Shown here one piece after another: positions 47,457 through 56,566 of a DNA stretch of 64,000 nt. Source of the DNA: Muribaculaceae bacterium (GTDB taxonomy: Bacteria > Bacteroidota > Bacteroidia > Bacteroidales > Muribaculaceae); NCBI GenBank assembly GCA_017619355.1, contig JAFZSO010000026.1, forward strand, positions 3,969 to 67,968. The letters are read 5' to 3'. The notes beneath the pieces were generated by a model. That model was given only the letters and a program-made list of their open reading frames with translations, did no database searches and was not told the DNA's origin. A program made the translations under genes and the position numbers. Position 1 is the first letter of the stretch. Each line of letters opens with the position of its first letter.

Positions 47457-48767
47457 ATGAAAATATCAATAGTTGGAACCGGATATGTAGCGTTAGTGAC
47501 AAGTACCTGCTTCTCTGAACTGGGCGTGAATGTTACCTGTGTCGATCCCGACAGTCAGAAGATTAACCGCCTCGTGTATGGCGCCCTGCCCATCTACGAG
47601 CCCGGCCTTGAGGCCATGATGAATCACAATGTGAACGACGGCCGACTGGTGTTCAGCGCCGACTACGAGCAGTGTTTCGACGATGTCGATGTGGTGTTCT
47701 GCGCCATCGACCCCACCCTCAACACCGATGGTAGTACCGACCTCTCCCCCATACTCGAGATTGCACGCGACTTTGCACGCGACATCAAGCGCTATGCGGT
47801 GTTTGTGCTCAAGACCACCGTACCTGCCGGAACTGCACAGCATGTGAAGGAAATCATTGCCGCCGAGATGGCCAAGCGCAAAGACCCCGTGGAGTTTGAT
47901 GTGGCTTCGAACCCCGACTTCCTCACCGAGGGCAATGCCATCAAAGACTTCATGAAACCCGACCGCATCGTCATCGGTGTAGATAACGAGCGCGCCAAGG
48001 AGGTGCTCACACGCCTTTATCGCCCCATTCTGTTGCGCAACAACAGCGTCATCTTTACCAATACTCAAACCGCCGAGATGATCAAGTATGCCGCCACAAG
48101 CATGCTCGCCACCCGCATCAGTCTCATGAACGAGATTGCCAACTTCTGCGAGGTGGTGGGCGCTGATGCCAATGTGGTGCGCCACGGTGTGGGTACTGAT
48201 AGCCGCATCGGACCTAAATACATCTATCCTGGTTGCGGCTACGGAGGCACGCTCTTCTCGCAAGACATCCGCGACCTTATCAACATAGCCGATGTGAACG
48301 ACTTCAACATGGACGTGCTGCGTGCCGTAGACCATGTGAACATGAACCAGAAGCGCGTGCTATTCGAGAAACTCCATAAATATTTCGGCGGCATGCTCAA
48401 AGGCAAGACCGTGGCGCTGTGGGGACTCTCGTTCAAGCCTGAGACCGACGACATGAGCGAAGGGCCTGCCATCGTTACCCTGGACTTGCTGCTCAAGGCG
48501 GGTTGCAAGGTGCGTGTCTATGACCCCGTGACCATGAACACCGCCAAACTGCGCTGGAACGACATCTACTGCGGCGTGGACATGTACGATGCCGTGAAGG
48601 GGGCCGACGCCCTGCTGCTGCTCACCGAGTGGCGACAGTTCCACATCCCGGCTTGGCCTCAAATCAAGGAACTCATGAAGACCCCGCTGGTCATCGACGG
48701 ACGCAACATCTACGACCGCCACGAACTTGAAGATCTGGGATTTGAATACCGTTGCATAGGCGTTTAA
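47457..48767 (+). CDS. UDP-glucose/GDP-mannose dehydrogenase homologue with a degenerate active site
   Basis: VGTGYV, PIYEPGL, PDRIVIG, GLSFKPETDD and DGRNIY motifs, but GYGGTLFSQD in place of GYGGSCFPKD. Confidence 0.88.
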   Translation: MKISIVGTGYVALVTSTCFSELGVNVTCVDPDSQKINRLVYGALPIYEPGLEAMMNHNVNDGRLVFSADYEQCFDDVDVVFCAIDPTLNTDGSTDLSPILEIARDFARDIKRYAVFVLKTTVPAGTAQHVKEIIAAEMAKRKDPVEFDVASNPDFLTEGNAIKDFMKPDRIVIGVDNERAKEVLTRLYRPILLRNNSVIFTNTQTAEMIKYAATSMLATRISLMNEIANFCEVVGADANVVRHGVGTDSRIGPKYIYPGCGYGGTLFSQDIRDLINIADVNDFNMDVLRAVDHVNMNQKRVLFEKLHKYFGGMLKGKTVALWGLSFKPETDDMSEGPAIVTLDLLLKAGCKVRVYDPVTMNTAKLRWNDIYCGVDMYDAVKGADALLLLTEWRQFHIPAWPQIKELMKTPLVIDGRNIYDRHELEDLGFEYRCIGV

Positions 48768-48786
48768 CGCTTAAACTCGTCATAAT

Positions 48787-49491
48787 ATGGATACTCCTAA
48801 CAACCCCAATATTCCACAGCAGCAGTCTCCGCAACCGCCGCAGCAACCCGACCCTAATCGCAAGCTCAAGAAGTGGAACATCATCATTGCCATCATCGAT
48901 GTGATTCTGCTCCTGCTGCTCATCTTCTGGCCCAGACAGTGTGGATGCAACCGCACCACCGTGGTCACACGCACCGACACCGTGGTGGTACATGACACCA
49001 TTCCGCAGGAGCGTGATATAGACCAGGCTGTGGACGACGCCGGCGGCGAAACCGGCTATATGGGTATGAAACTCGTGTGGAACGAAGATGGCCAGTATCG
49101 CGTTGACTTTGATGCTCACGCCTATGAACCTGGAGGTGACCACATCTACTACTTGCGGCACAATCAGCACAAAGGTCAGTCTCCCACCAGCATGGGAGGC
49201 CTGATCGATGTTGACATGATTGGTCCCATGGGCACAGGTGTCGAAAACATCATGTGGCCCAGCAAGGAGAGGCTTGCCGACGGCGTGTATCGTTTCTCGG
49301 TGGTCAACTATGAGCAACTGAGCGGCAACAACGGCTTCAAAGTGAAGATTTATGTGGGCAATACTTCCTATATCTATCAACAGACGCAAGCCGTGCGTGA
49401 GGACGCTACAGTGAAGATTGCCGATGTCACACTGCAAAACGGCGAAATCAAAGACATCAAGCACTACCTGCAGCCCGTGCAGGAACAATAA
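48787..49491 (+). CDS. membrane-anchored YfaP/DUF2135-like protein
   Basis: Pro/Gln N-terminus, one TM helix, LVW..DFDAH..EP..IYY..GG.IDVD..ENI.W..GVY..VVNY pattern. Confidence 0.7.
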   Translation: MDTPNNPNIPQQQSPQPPQQPDPNRKLKKWNIIIAIIDVILLLLLIFWPRQCGCNRTTVVTRTDTVVVHDTIPQERDIDQAVDDAGGETGYMGMKLVWNEDGQYRVDFDAHAYEPGGDHIYYLRHNQHKGQSPTSMGGLIDVDMIGPMGTGVENIMWPSKERLADGVYRFSVVNYEQLSGNNGFKVKIYVGNTSYIYQQTQAVREDATVKIADVTLQNGEIKDIKHYLQPVQEQ

Positions 49492-49519
49492 ACCGATTAT
49501 TTGCAACATCTATATAATG

Positions 49520-49550
49520 CAAGTGCCACCCCGTGAAGAGGTGGCACTTG
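49520..49550. terminator. hairpin between convergent genes
   Basis: perfect 11-bp stem CAAGTGCCACC/GGTGGCACTTG. Confidence 0.75.
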
Positions 49551-49584
49551 ATGTTTTCATGAAACCCTGGATCGGTCTCGGGAC

Positions 49585-50565
49585 TTACACCGAGAGACGG
49601 TGCAGCGTGTTGAGCAACTCGCGGTCGATGGGCTTGTTGTTCTTGATGGCCTTCGAGAAGGGCACATACACGATTTCATCGTTAGAGTCGCCAATCATCA
49701 CATTGCGCTGACCCTCGAGCAGAGCATCGACGGCTGCAGCGCCCATGCGTGAGGCCAGAATGCGGTCAAGAGCCGTTGGCGAACCGCCACGCTGCAGGTG
49801 GCCCAAGATGGTGACGCGCACATCATACTGCGGATACTCCTTGCGCACGCGCTCGGCAAGGCCCATGGCACCGCCTGTGATGGGACTCTCGGCCACCAGC
49901 ACTATCGAGGAGTTCTTGCTCTTGCGGAAACCGCTCTCGATGAGTTCGGCCAACTGGTCGACCTCGGTCGAAATCTCGGGAATGATGGCAGCCTCGGCAC
50001 CGCTGGCAATGGCGCCATTCAACGCCAGGAAGCCCGCATTGCGGCCCATCACCTCGATGAAGAAGAGGCGCTCGTGCGATGTGGCGGTGTCGCGAATGCG
50101 GTCGACGCACCACATAATGGTGTTCAGCGCCGTGTCGTAGCCTATGGTGTGGTCGGTGCCATACAGGTCGTTGTCGATGGTTCCAGGCAGACCGATGACT
50201 GGCACATCATACTCGCTTGCAAAGCTTCGGGCACCGGTGAGCGAACCGTCGCCGCCTATTACCACCAGGGCATCGATGTCGTGCTTGCGCATGTTCTTGT
50301 AGGCCAGTTCCTGACCCTCTTTGGTCTTGAACTCCTTGCAGCGTGCACTCTTCAGGATGGTGCCGCCATGATGCACAATGTTCGACACATTCTGCGTCTT
50401 GAAGTCCACTATTTCATCGTCGATGAGGCCCTTGTAGCCCCTGTAAATGCCCTTCACCTTGAAACCGCTAAAGATTGCAGAACGGGTAATGGCACGGATT
50501 GCCGCATTCATGCCGGGAGCATCGCCGCCCGAGGTCAGTATGCCTATTGTCTTGATTGCTGCCAT
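49585..50565 (-). CDS. pfkA: ATP-dependent 6-phosphofructokinase
   Basis: [27 protein letters not shown] and GHLQRGG motifs. Confidence 0.97.
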   Translation of the reverse strand: MAAIKTIGILTSGGDAPGMNAAIRAITRSAIFSGFKVKGIYRGYKGLIDDEIVDFKTQNVSNIVHHGGTILKSARCKEFKTKEGQELAYKNMRKHDIDALVVIGGDGSLTGARSFASEYDVPVIGLPGTIDNDLYGTDHTIGYDTALNTIMWCVDRIRDTATSHERLFFIEVMGRNAGFLALNGAIASGAEAAIIPEISTEVDQLAELIESGFRKSKNSSIVLVAESPITGGAMGLAERVRKEYPQYDVRVTILGHLQRGGSPTALDRILASRMGAAAVDALLEGQRNVMIGDSNDEIVYVPFSKAIKNNKPIDRELLNTLHRLSV

Positions 50566-50643
50566 TGTAGTACTATGTTATGTGGGTTATTATCTTGCAA
50601 ATATAATCATTTTTCAATTGGAATGCAACACTTGGCCGACAGT

Positions 50644-51390
50644 TTATTTCACTGCGGTGTAGATGCTGCAGGTGCCCATTGTGAGGCGACGGCACTGGCA
50701 TTGGCTAAAACCCGCCTCGCGCATCAGCGCCAGCATATCATCGCCCTGCGGCACGGCGGCAATGCTCTGTGGCAAATAGCGATAGGCGCTCTTGTCGCCA
50801 CTCTTGAGCGACCCGATAAAGGGAATGATGTGCAGCGTGTAGAGGTCGTAGAACCACCTGATTATCTTGTTGCGCGGGGTAGAGAGTTCTATCACACACA
50901 GCACTCCATCTGTGTTCAACACTCTGTGCATCTCGCGGTAGCCCACGTCCAGATGCTCGAAGTTGCGCACCCCGAAGGCCACCGTCACGGCATCGAAGGC
51001 AGCATCGCCAAAACGCATGTCCAGGCAGTCGCCCTGCTCAAACGATATCTGCTCTTCCAGGTGCTTCTGCGCCACCTTTTTGCGTGCCACCTCAAGCATG
51101 CCCTCGCTCAGGTCAAGGCCCACAATCTTCAGGGGCTTCAGTTTTTTGTAGAGCTGAATGGCAAAGTCGCCCGTACCAGTTGCCACATCGAGCAGCGTGT
51201 GCGGCTGATGCTTGGCCACCTTGCGGCATGCCACCCGTCGCCACCACTTGTCGATGCCCAGTGTCATGGCATGGTTCATGAAGTCGTAGGCAGGCGCGAT
51301 GCTATCGAACATCTCCTTCACCTGCTCCGTCTTGCCCCCTTGTTCGCTATAGGGCTTGATTTCCTCCACGCGGTTTGCCTTCTCGCTCAT
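50644..51390 (-). CDS. menG: demethylmenaquinone methyltransferase (MenG/UbiE)
   Basis: MFDSIAPAYDFMN, LDVATGTGD, AFGVRN and AYRYLPQS motifs. Confidence 0.94.
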   Translation of the reverse strand: MSEKANRVEEIKPYSEQGGKTEQVKEMFDSIAPAYDFMNHAMTLGIDKWWRRVACRKVAKHQPHTLLDVATGTGDFAIQLYKKLKPLKIVGLDLSEGMLEVARKKVAQKHLEEQISFEQGDCLDMRFGDAAFDAVTVAFGVRNFEHLDVGYREMHRVLNTDGVLCVIELSTPRNKIIRWFYDLYTLHIIPFIGSLKSGDKSAYRYLPQSIAAVPQGDDMLALMREAGFSQCQCRRLTMGTCSIYTAVK

Positions 51391-51400
51391 CAGCAACCCC

Positions 51401-51481
51401 TAAACTCTAAATAAACACTAAACTCTAAACCCTAAACTCCTGCGCAGCAGGATCTAAACACTAAACCCCTGCGCAGCAGGA
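51401..51481. repeat. TAAACNC heptamer repeats with two CCTGC-GCA-GCAGG hairpins, overlapping the purC stop
   Basis: TAAACTC/TAAACAC/TAAACCC units; hairpins at 51438-51452 and 51468-51480. Confidence 0.85.
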
Positions 51482-52423
51482 ACCAGCCAACCAGTCGCTC
51501 ACATTCTTCTCAATGCGTGCGGCAAGGTCGGCACTCTCGTTGCGCTCAAATTTCTCGCCGGTGATTTCCTCATAAAGCTCTATGTAGCGCTGCGCTACCG
51601 TCTCGCAGTATTCATCGGTCATTTCAGGCACCTGCTGGCCTTCCTTGCCCATGAAGTCGTGCTCAATGAGCCACTGGCGTACGAACTCCTTGGAGAGCTG
51701 CTTTTGCGGCTCACCTTTCTCGAAACGCTCCTCGAAGCCGTCGGCATAGAAGTAGCGCGACGAGTCGGGGGTGTGAATCTCGTCCATCAGCACCACCTCA
51801 CCGTTGCATTTGCCGAACTCATACTTGGTATCGACCAGTATCAGTCCCTTGCTGGCAGCAATCTCGGTGCCGCGGGCAAACAGGGCGCGTGTGTAGCGTT
51901 CCATCACCTCATAGTCCTCGGGCGAAACAAGGCCCTGTGCCAGGATTTCCTCCTTCGAGATATTCTCGTCGTGCCCAGCCTCAGCCTTGGTGGTGGGGGT
52001 GATTATGGGCTCGGGGAAACGCTCGTTCTCGCGCATTCCGTCGGGCAGTTTCACGCCGCACAGTTCGCGGCACCCGTTCTTGTACTCGCGCCAGGCACTG
52101 CCTGTGAGGTAGCCACGGATAATCATCTCAAGCGGGAACGGCTCACAGCGACGGCCCACAGTCACCATGGGGTCGGGCGTGGCAAGCTTCCAGTTGGGCA
52201 CGATGTCGGCAGTGGCATCGAGGAACTTGGCGGCTATCTGGTTCAGAACCTGACCCTTGCTCGGAATGCCCTTGGGCAAAATCACATCAAAGGCCGAGAT
52301 GCGGTCGGTCGCCACCATTACCAGCAGGTCTTTGCCAATAAAATACACATCACGCACTTTGCCGTGATACACCTTCTCTTGTCCTTCAAACTGAAAATCA
52401 GTGCGAACTAAAGTATTTCCCAT
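51461..52423 (-). CDS. purC: SAICAR synthetase
   Basis: [24 protein letters not shown] and [10 protein letters not shown] motifs. Confidence 0.97.
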   Translation of the reverse strand: MGNTLVRTDFQFEGQEKVYHGKVRDVYFIGKDLLVMVATDRISAFDVILPKGIPSKGQVLNQIAAKFLDATADIVPNWKLATPDPMVTVGRRCEPFPLEMIIRGYLTGSAWREYKNGCRELCGVKLPDGMRENERFPEPIITPTTKAEAGHDENISKEEILAQGLVSPEDYEVMERYTRALFARGTEIAASKGLILVDTKYEFGKCNGEVVLMDEIHTPDSSRYFYADGFEERFEKGEPQKQLSKEFVRQWLIEHDFMGKEGQQVPEMTDEYCETVAQRYIELYEEITGEKFERNESADLAARIEKNVSDWLAGSCCAGV

Positions 52424-52545
52424 ATTCCTAAGTATTTTTATGAATTATTTGTCTTGAAAATCTATGCAAATATAACACTTTTTGTCCAGATTATTGTTCG
52501 GTGAACCTTTGCTAAAAATGAGGTAATCATTGATAAGCATTTTCA

Positions 52546-53628
52546 TTAATCTGCATTTGTACTGTTGGGTTCCTTGTGCTGTAAATAAAAAATTTCTTTT
52601 TGCTGCTCTATCTCATGTCTGAGCATTTCTTCTGATGGCAACATGGGCAAGTATTTTGCTGCAAACAGCTGCTCATTACCTTTGAGGATAGAGTATCGGG
52701 CAATGTCTTTACTTGTTTCGGAACAGAGCACAATACCAATAGTGGGATTGTCGCCCTCTGTGCGACGCAACTCATCATACATACGCACATACATATCCAT
52801 TTGCCCTACATCCTGGTGGGTGATTACACCCACTTTGAGGTCGATTAGCACATAACACTTTAAAATAACATTATAAAACACAAGGTCTATATAGTAGTCC
52901 TGTGTATCAGTGCGAATCAGTTGCTGACGACCCATATAGGCAAACCCACGCCCCATTTCCAAGATAAACTTTTGGAGGTGGGCAATGATAGCTTGTTCAA
53001 GTTCACTTTCGCTATAATCAGTGTTCTCCAGACCGAGAAACTCGGCGACAACAGGATTCTTGACTATTTCATCCTTCTCTTGTTGAAGTGGTTGAGTGAG
53101 CTCTCGCATTTCTGCAATCACTTTGTCTTTCTTTGGCGACTTCAGCAAGCGATAATAATATTGCGAACCAATGTTTCGGCTTAAAGTTCGCGAACTCCAC
53201 ATTTCTTCTGAAGCCTCACGCAGGTACCAATATCGAGCGTCCTCATCAGGAACACGGAGGAGCATGCGGTAATGAGTCCAAGACAAATTTTGAACGCGCG
53301 AGTTCAAAATCTCCAAATCATTGAAATATAAGAAGAATTGACGCATACTATACAAGTTGCGTTCACTATAAGATGAGCCAAACAACGGCACTAAAACCCG
53401 AGCCAATCCTTTCAGAACCTGTTTGCCATATTCTGCACGGTTTTCGCCGTGTTGCTCTTCTTCAACAATGCGCTTGCCAACATTCCAATAAGTCAAAATG
53501 GAAATAGAGTTCACGCTATGATAAGCCGCACTCAAACCACGCTCCACAATCAGCTTAACATCATTAACTAATTGTGCAGATAACAATTGATTGTCCTGAA
53601 TCTTTATGACATTATCCTTGTCTTCCAT
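52546..53628 (-). CDS. yhcG: YhcG/DUF1016 family PD-(D/E)xK nuclease
   Basis: YWNVGKRI, LSWTHY, FILEMGRGF, IDLVFY..IDLK, GQMDMY and NPTIGIVLC motifs; AT-rich. Confidence 0.93.
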   Translation of the reverse strand: MEDKDNVIKIQDNQLLSAQLVNDVKLIVERGLSAAYHSVNSISILTYWNVGKRIVEEEQHGENRAEYGKQVLKGLARVLVPLFGSSYSERNLYSMRQFFLYFNDLEILNSRVQNLSWTHYRMLLRVPDEDARYWYLREASEEMWSSRTLSRNIGSQYYYRLLKSPKKDKVIAEMRELTQPLQQEKDEIVKNPVVAEFLGLENTDYSESELEQAIIAHLQKFILEMGRGFAYMGRQQLIRTDTQDYYIDLVFYNVILKCYVLIDLKVGVITHQDVGQMDMYVRMYDELRRTEGDNPTIGIVLCSETSKDIARYSILKGNEQLFAAKYLPMLPSEEMLRHEIEQQKEIFYLQHKEPNSTNAD

Positions 53629-53755
53629 AATGCAAAGATACAACAAATCTTGCAATATCAGTCATCTCACCACAGTTTTTATTGAGGATGCACCAAAGGT
53701 AAAGACAGCCCTTGAAAAATCATCAAAGATAAAAAAAACATACCTCAAATTAGCA

Positions 53756-53787
53756 AGAGGGGCTGGCATGTGATTGCCAACCCCTCT
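53756..53787 (-). terminator. hairpin downstream of the CotH gene
   Basis: AGAGGGGCTGGCA/TGCCAACCCCTCT stem. Confidence 0.7.
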
Positions 53788-53825
53788 GATTATCTTCTAA
53801 TCTTTAACATCCACTATTTTGGAAA

Positions 53826-55457
53826 TCAGACTCCCAAAATCATATTAATGATGAGTGTAATATCCATAACGTCGACAGCACCATCACCGTTTATATTGGC
53901 GTCGTCGTAGAAGAACGGATCGGGATTCTTATTCAAGATGTAGTTGATGATCGTAGTCACGTCGTTCACATCCACAGCACCATCGTGGTTTGCGTCACCC
54001 ATGGGGAAAGCATTGGGATCATACTCCAGCTGCTGGTCCATCCAAGCCAGGCGTTCTTTCATCCACCACTTGAGGTGCGAAATCTCGTCGTCGAAGTTCT
54101 GGGCAATGTACTGGTTGGGCCACACATACTGATTCCAGCGGGGCCATGCCTGACTGTTGCGAGCCTCGGCACCCTGAGCGGTGAGTTCATTGGCCATAGA
54201 GTCAACGAGGGCCATGAGACTTTCTTCACTGAAGTTGGTGTGACGATACTGTGCCCAACGCGACTTGAGCAAGTCGGTGTAGTAGGGATCCTGGTTGAGC
54301 TTATACCACCAGAGAGGCACCAACTGGCTGTCGTTATTCCAGTTGAGCAAGTCATTGTTCTGCCAAATCCAAGTGTTGGTGTACCAGCCATTATAATAAT
54401 CAGAGTTGCCATAACCAAGATTGAAGTCCCACAGCACCATCTTGAAACGAGGATCCACACTGTCGCGGCGCTTGAAAATCTTGGCGCTCAGGCGGTAGGC
54501 ATCCACATTGTGAGCAAACTCCTGCGCCAACTGATAGTCGACAAACGACAACTCATCAAGATACTGGCGATAGCCCTGTTCTGGGTCAGCGAAGTTGCTG
54601 GAACTGAGAGCACCCTCCATCAGGTCGATCCTACCCTGGATGTAGCTGAGCTGGTCGGCTGTCATATCCTCATAGTCGGGTTCCTTGTACTGGTAATAGA
54701 TGTTACGGTAAGTAATGGGATTACCACTGTTATCCAAGGGGTGATACTTCGATGTGTAAACCGTCTCATCGTTGCGGTCCACCTCCAGCATATAACCGCC
54801 AGTGAGGTCATCACCCTCAGCACCAGGATCATCCAAGTCCACACGGTTCTTGCCCTTGGTCACCGTTTCGATCATAATGTATACACCATAGTAGGTACCA
54901 TCAAGGAACACCTCACAATATTTGCCGTGAGGCGTGAAGTCCATCCATGGACGCGACAGTTCGAAGGCGAGCAGGTCACGCATCATGCTCTTGTCGTTGT
55001 AGGGTGCCAGCAAGGCCCAGTCGTTGTCCTTCGCCATACCCAGAATCTTCACCTTCTGCTTCTTGCCGCCCTCTTCCAAGGGTTTGTTGAGCGGACGAAT
55101 CGAATAAGGTTTCTTGTCGCTCATGGTAAACGAAGAGTTGCCACGATAGCGCAAAGCGATGTAGCCATCATAGTCAATAGCCTGGCCGGGATGAGCCACG
55201 GTGTCGGCATAGTTGAGCTGACCCTCGCCATTGTAGATAATCTTCATGCGAGCAGTTTTACGCTCCTCGCGGTCAATCTGTTGACCATTCACTTCAAGCC
55301 ACACAATGGGCAGATTGGTCTGAGTCAACTGCACATTTTGGTTGTCGGGCGGATAATTGTACGAAGCAGTAGCTTTCGAACTTACTTCACCCTTGACAGC
55401 AACGCTGCTCATCAGCACAAATGCAGCAGCAGCAACAAAAAGCGTAATTTTTTTCAT
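53826..55457 (-). CDS. CotH kinase family protein with a C-terminal dockerin
   Basis: RYRGNSS, KKPY, DWALLA..DKSMMR, YYGVY..E, NVDAY and WDFNLGYG motifs; dockerin at 53829-53999; signal peptide. Confidence 0.92.
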   Translation of the reverse strand: MKKITLFVAAAAFVLMSSVAVKGEVSSKATASYNYPPDNQNVQLTQTNLPIVWLEVNGQQIDREERKTARMKIIYNGEGQLNYADTVAHPGQAIDYDGYIALRYRGNSSFTMSDKKPYSIRPLNKPLEEGGKKQKVKILGMAKDNDWALLAPYNDKSMMRDLLAFELSRPWMDFTPHGKYCEVFLDGTYYGVYIMIETVTKGKNRVDLDDPGAEGDDLTGGYMLEVDRNDETVYTSKYHPLDNSGNPITYRNIYYQYKEPDYEDMTADQLSYIQGRIDLMEGALSSSNFADPEQGYRQYLDELSFVDYQLAQEFAHNVDAYRLSAKIFKRRDSVDPRFKMVLWDFNLGYGNSDYYNGWYTNTWIWQNNDLLNWNNDSQLVPLWWYKLNQDPYYTDLLKSRWAQYRHTNFSEESLMALVDSMANELTAQGAEARNSQAWPRWNQYVWPNQYIAQNFDDEISHLKWWMKERLAWMDQQLEYDPNAFPMGDANHDGAVDVNDVTTIINYILNKNPDPFFYDDANINGDGAVDVMDITLIINMILGV

Positions 55458-55492
55458 AATTGTAATATTTTAAAGAGATACATCGGTTAAAA

Positions 55493-56533
55493 TCAAAGTG
55501 ATACCTCACCACACAGGTTGCAGTTAAAGTAGCGCTTCACTGCACCAGGTTTGAGTCCCAATCCAAAGAGATACATCAGTTTGGTGATGGCAGCCTCGCT
55601 GGTCATGTCGTGGCCGCTCACCACACCCGCCTTGGCAAGGCAGTTGCCAGTCTCGTAGAGTTCGTCATGTACGCCGCCATTCACGCACTGCGTCACATTC
55701 ACCATCACCACACCACGGTCGGTCGCCTCACTGATGAGTGAGGTGAACCATTCTGCACTGGGGCTGTTGCCCGCACCATAGGTTTTGAGCACGATGCCCT
55801 TGATATCAGGCGTATTGAGCAAATATTTGAGTGTGGCAGGAGTTATGCCTGGATGCAGTTCAAGAAACATCACATTCGGGTCCATCGTGTGCCGCACTTT
55901 GAGCGGCCGCTTCGACGGCAGCCGGTAGAGCGACTCCTTATTAAACTTGATGTCCAGCCCTATGCGTGCCAGTTCAGGATAGTTGTTGCTCATGAAAGCG
56001 TTGAAGTTGTTGGCACTCATCTTGGTGCTGCGGTTACCACGCCACAGGTGGTTTTCAAAGAGTATCGCCACCTCCTGAACCATGGCCTCGCCCGTGTGCT
56101 CGTCGACCTCGGCAGCTACCTGCAAAGCAGTAATGAGATTCTCGTCGCCATCGGTGCGAACCTCGCCAATGGGTAGTTGGGAGCCAGTGATTATAACAGG
56201 CTTGCTCAGGTTCTCGAGCATGAAACTGAGTGCCGAGGCAGTGAATGCCATGGTGTCGGTGCCATGCAGCACCACAAAGCCGTCGTAGTCGTCATAGTGC
56301 TCTTCTATCGTCTGCGCAATCTCGGCCCAATGCTGCGGGTCCATGTTTGAGCTGTCGATGGGAGTGGCAAACTGCACATTGTCGATGTCATACGCCAGTT
56401 TCTTCACGCGGGGCACATTGTCCATGAGGTGCGAGAAGTCGAAGGGCTGCAGCGCCTTGGTCTCGGGATTCTCGATCATGCCGATGGTGCCACCGGTGTA
56501 GATGATGAGGATTTTAGGTCTATGGTCTTTCAT
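55493..56533 (-). CDS. ansA: L-asparaginase type I
   Basis: YTGGTIGM, HGTDTM and TGSQLP motifs; no signal peptide. Confidence 0.95.
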   Translation of the reverse strand: MKDHRPKILIIYTGGTIGMIENPETKALQPFDFSHLMDNVPRVKKLAYDIDNVQFATPIDSSNMDPQHWAEIAQTIEEHYDDYDGFVVLHGTDTMAFTASALSFMLENLSKPVIITGSQLPIGEVRTDGDENLITALQVAAEVDEHTGEAMVQEVAILFENHLWRGNRSTKMSANNFNAFMSNNYPELARIGLDIKFNKESLYRLPSKRPLKVRHTMDPNVMFLELHPGITPATLKYLLNTPDIKGIVLKTYGAGNSPSAEWFTSLISEATDRGVVMVNVTQCVNGGVHDELYETGNCLAKAGVVSGHDMTSEAAITKLMYLFGLGLKPGAVKRYFNCNLCGEVSL

Positions 56534-56566
56534 TGCTATATGTATTTATTTTTTGGTTTCAGTCTG

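Noticed and set aside
49798-51414. 538-aa plus-strand ORF
   Set aside because: Antisense shadow of pfkA and menG caused by codon bias; no recognisable motifs.
53985-55490. 501-aa plus-strand ORF (also 25209-26561, 33085-34191 and 34602-35519)
   Set aside because: Each lies opposite a well-supported gene and has the composition of a reverse-frame shadow ORF.
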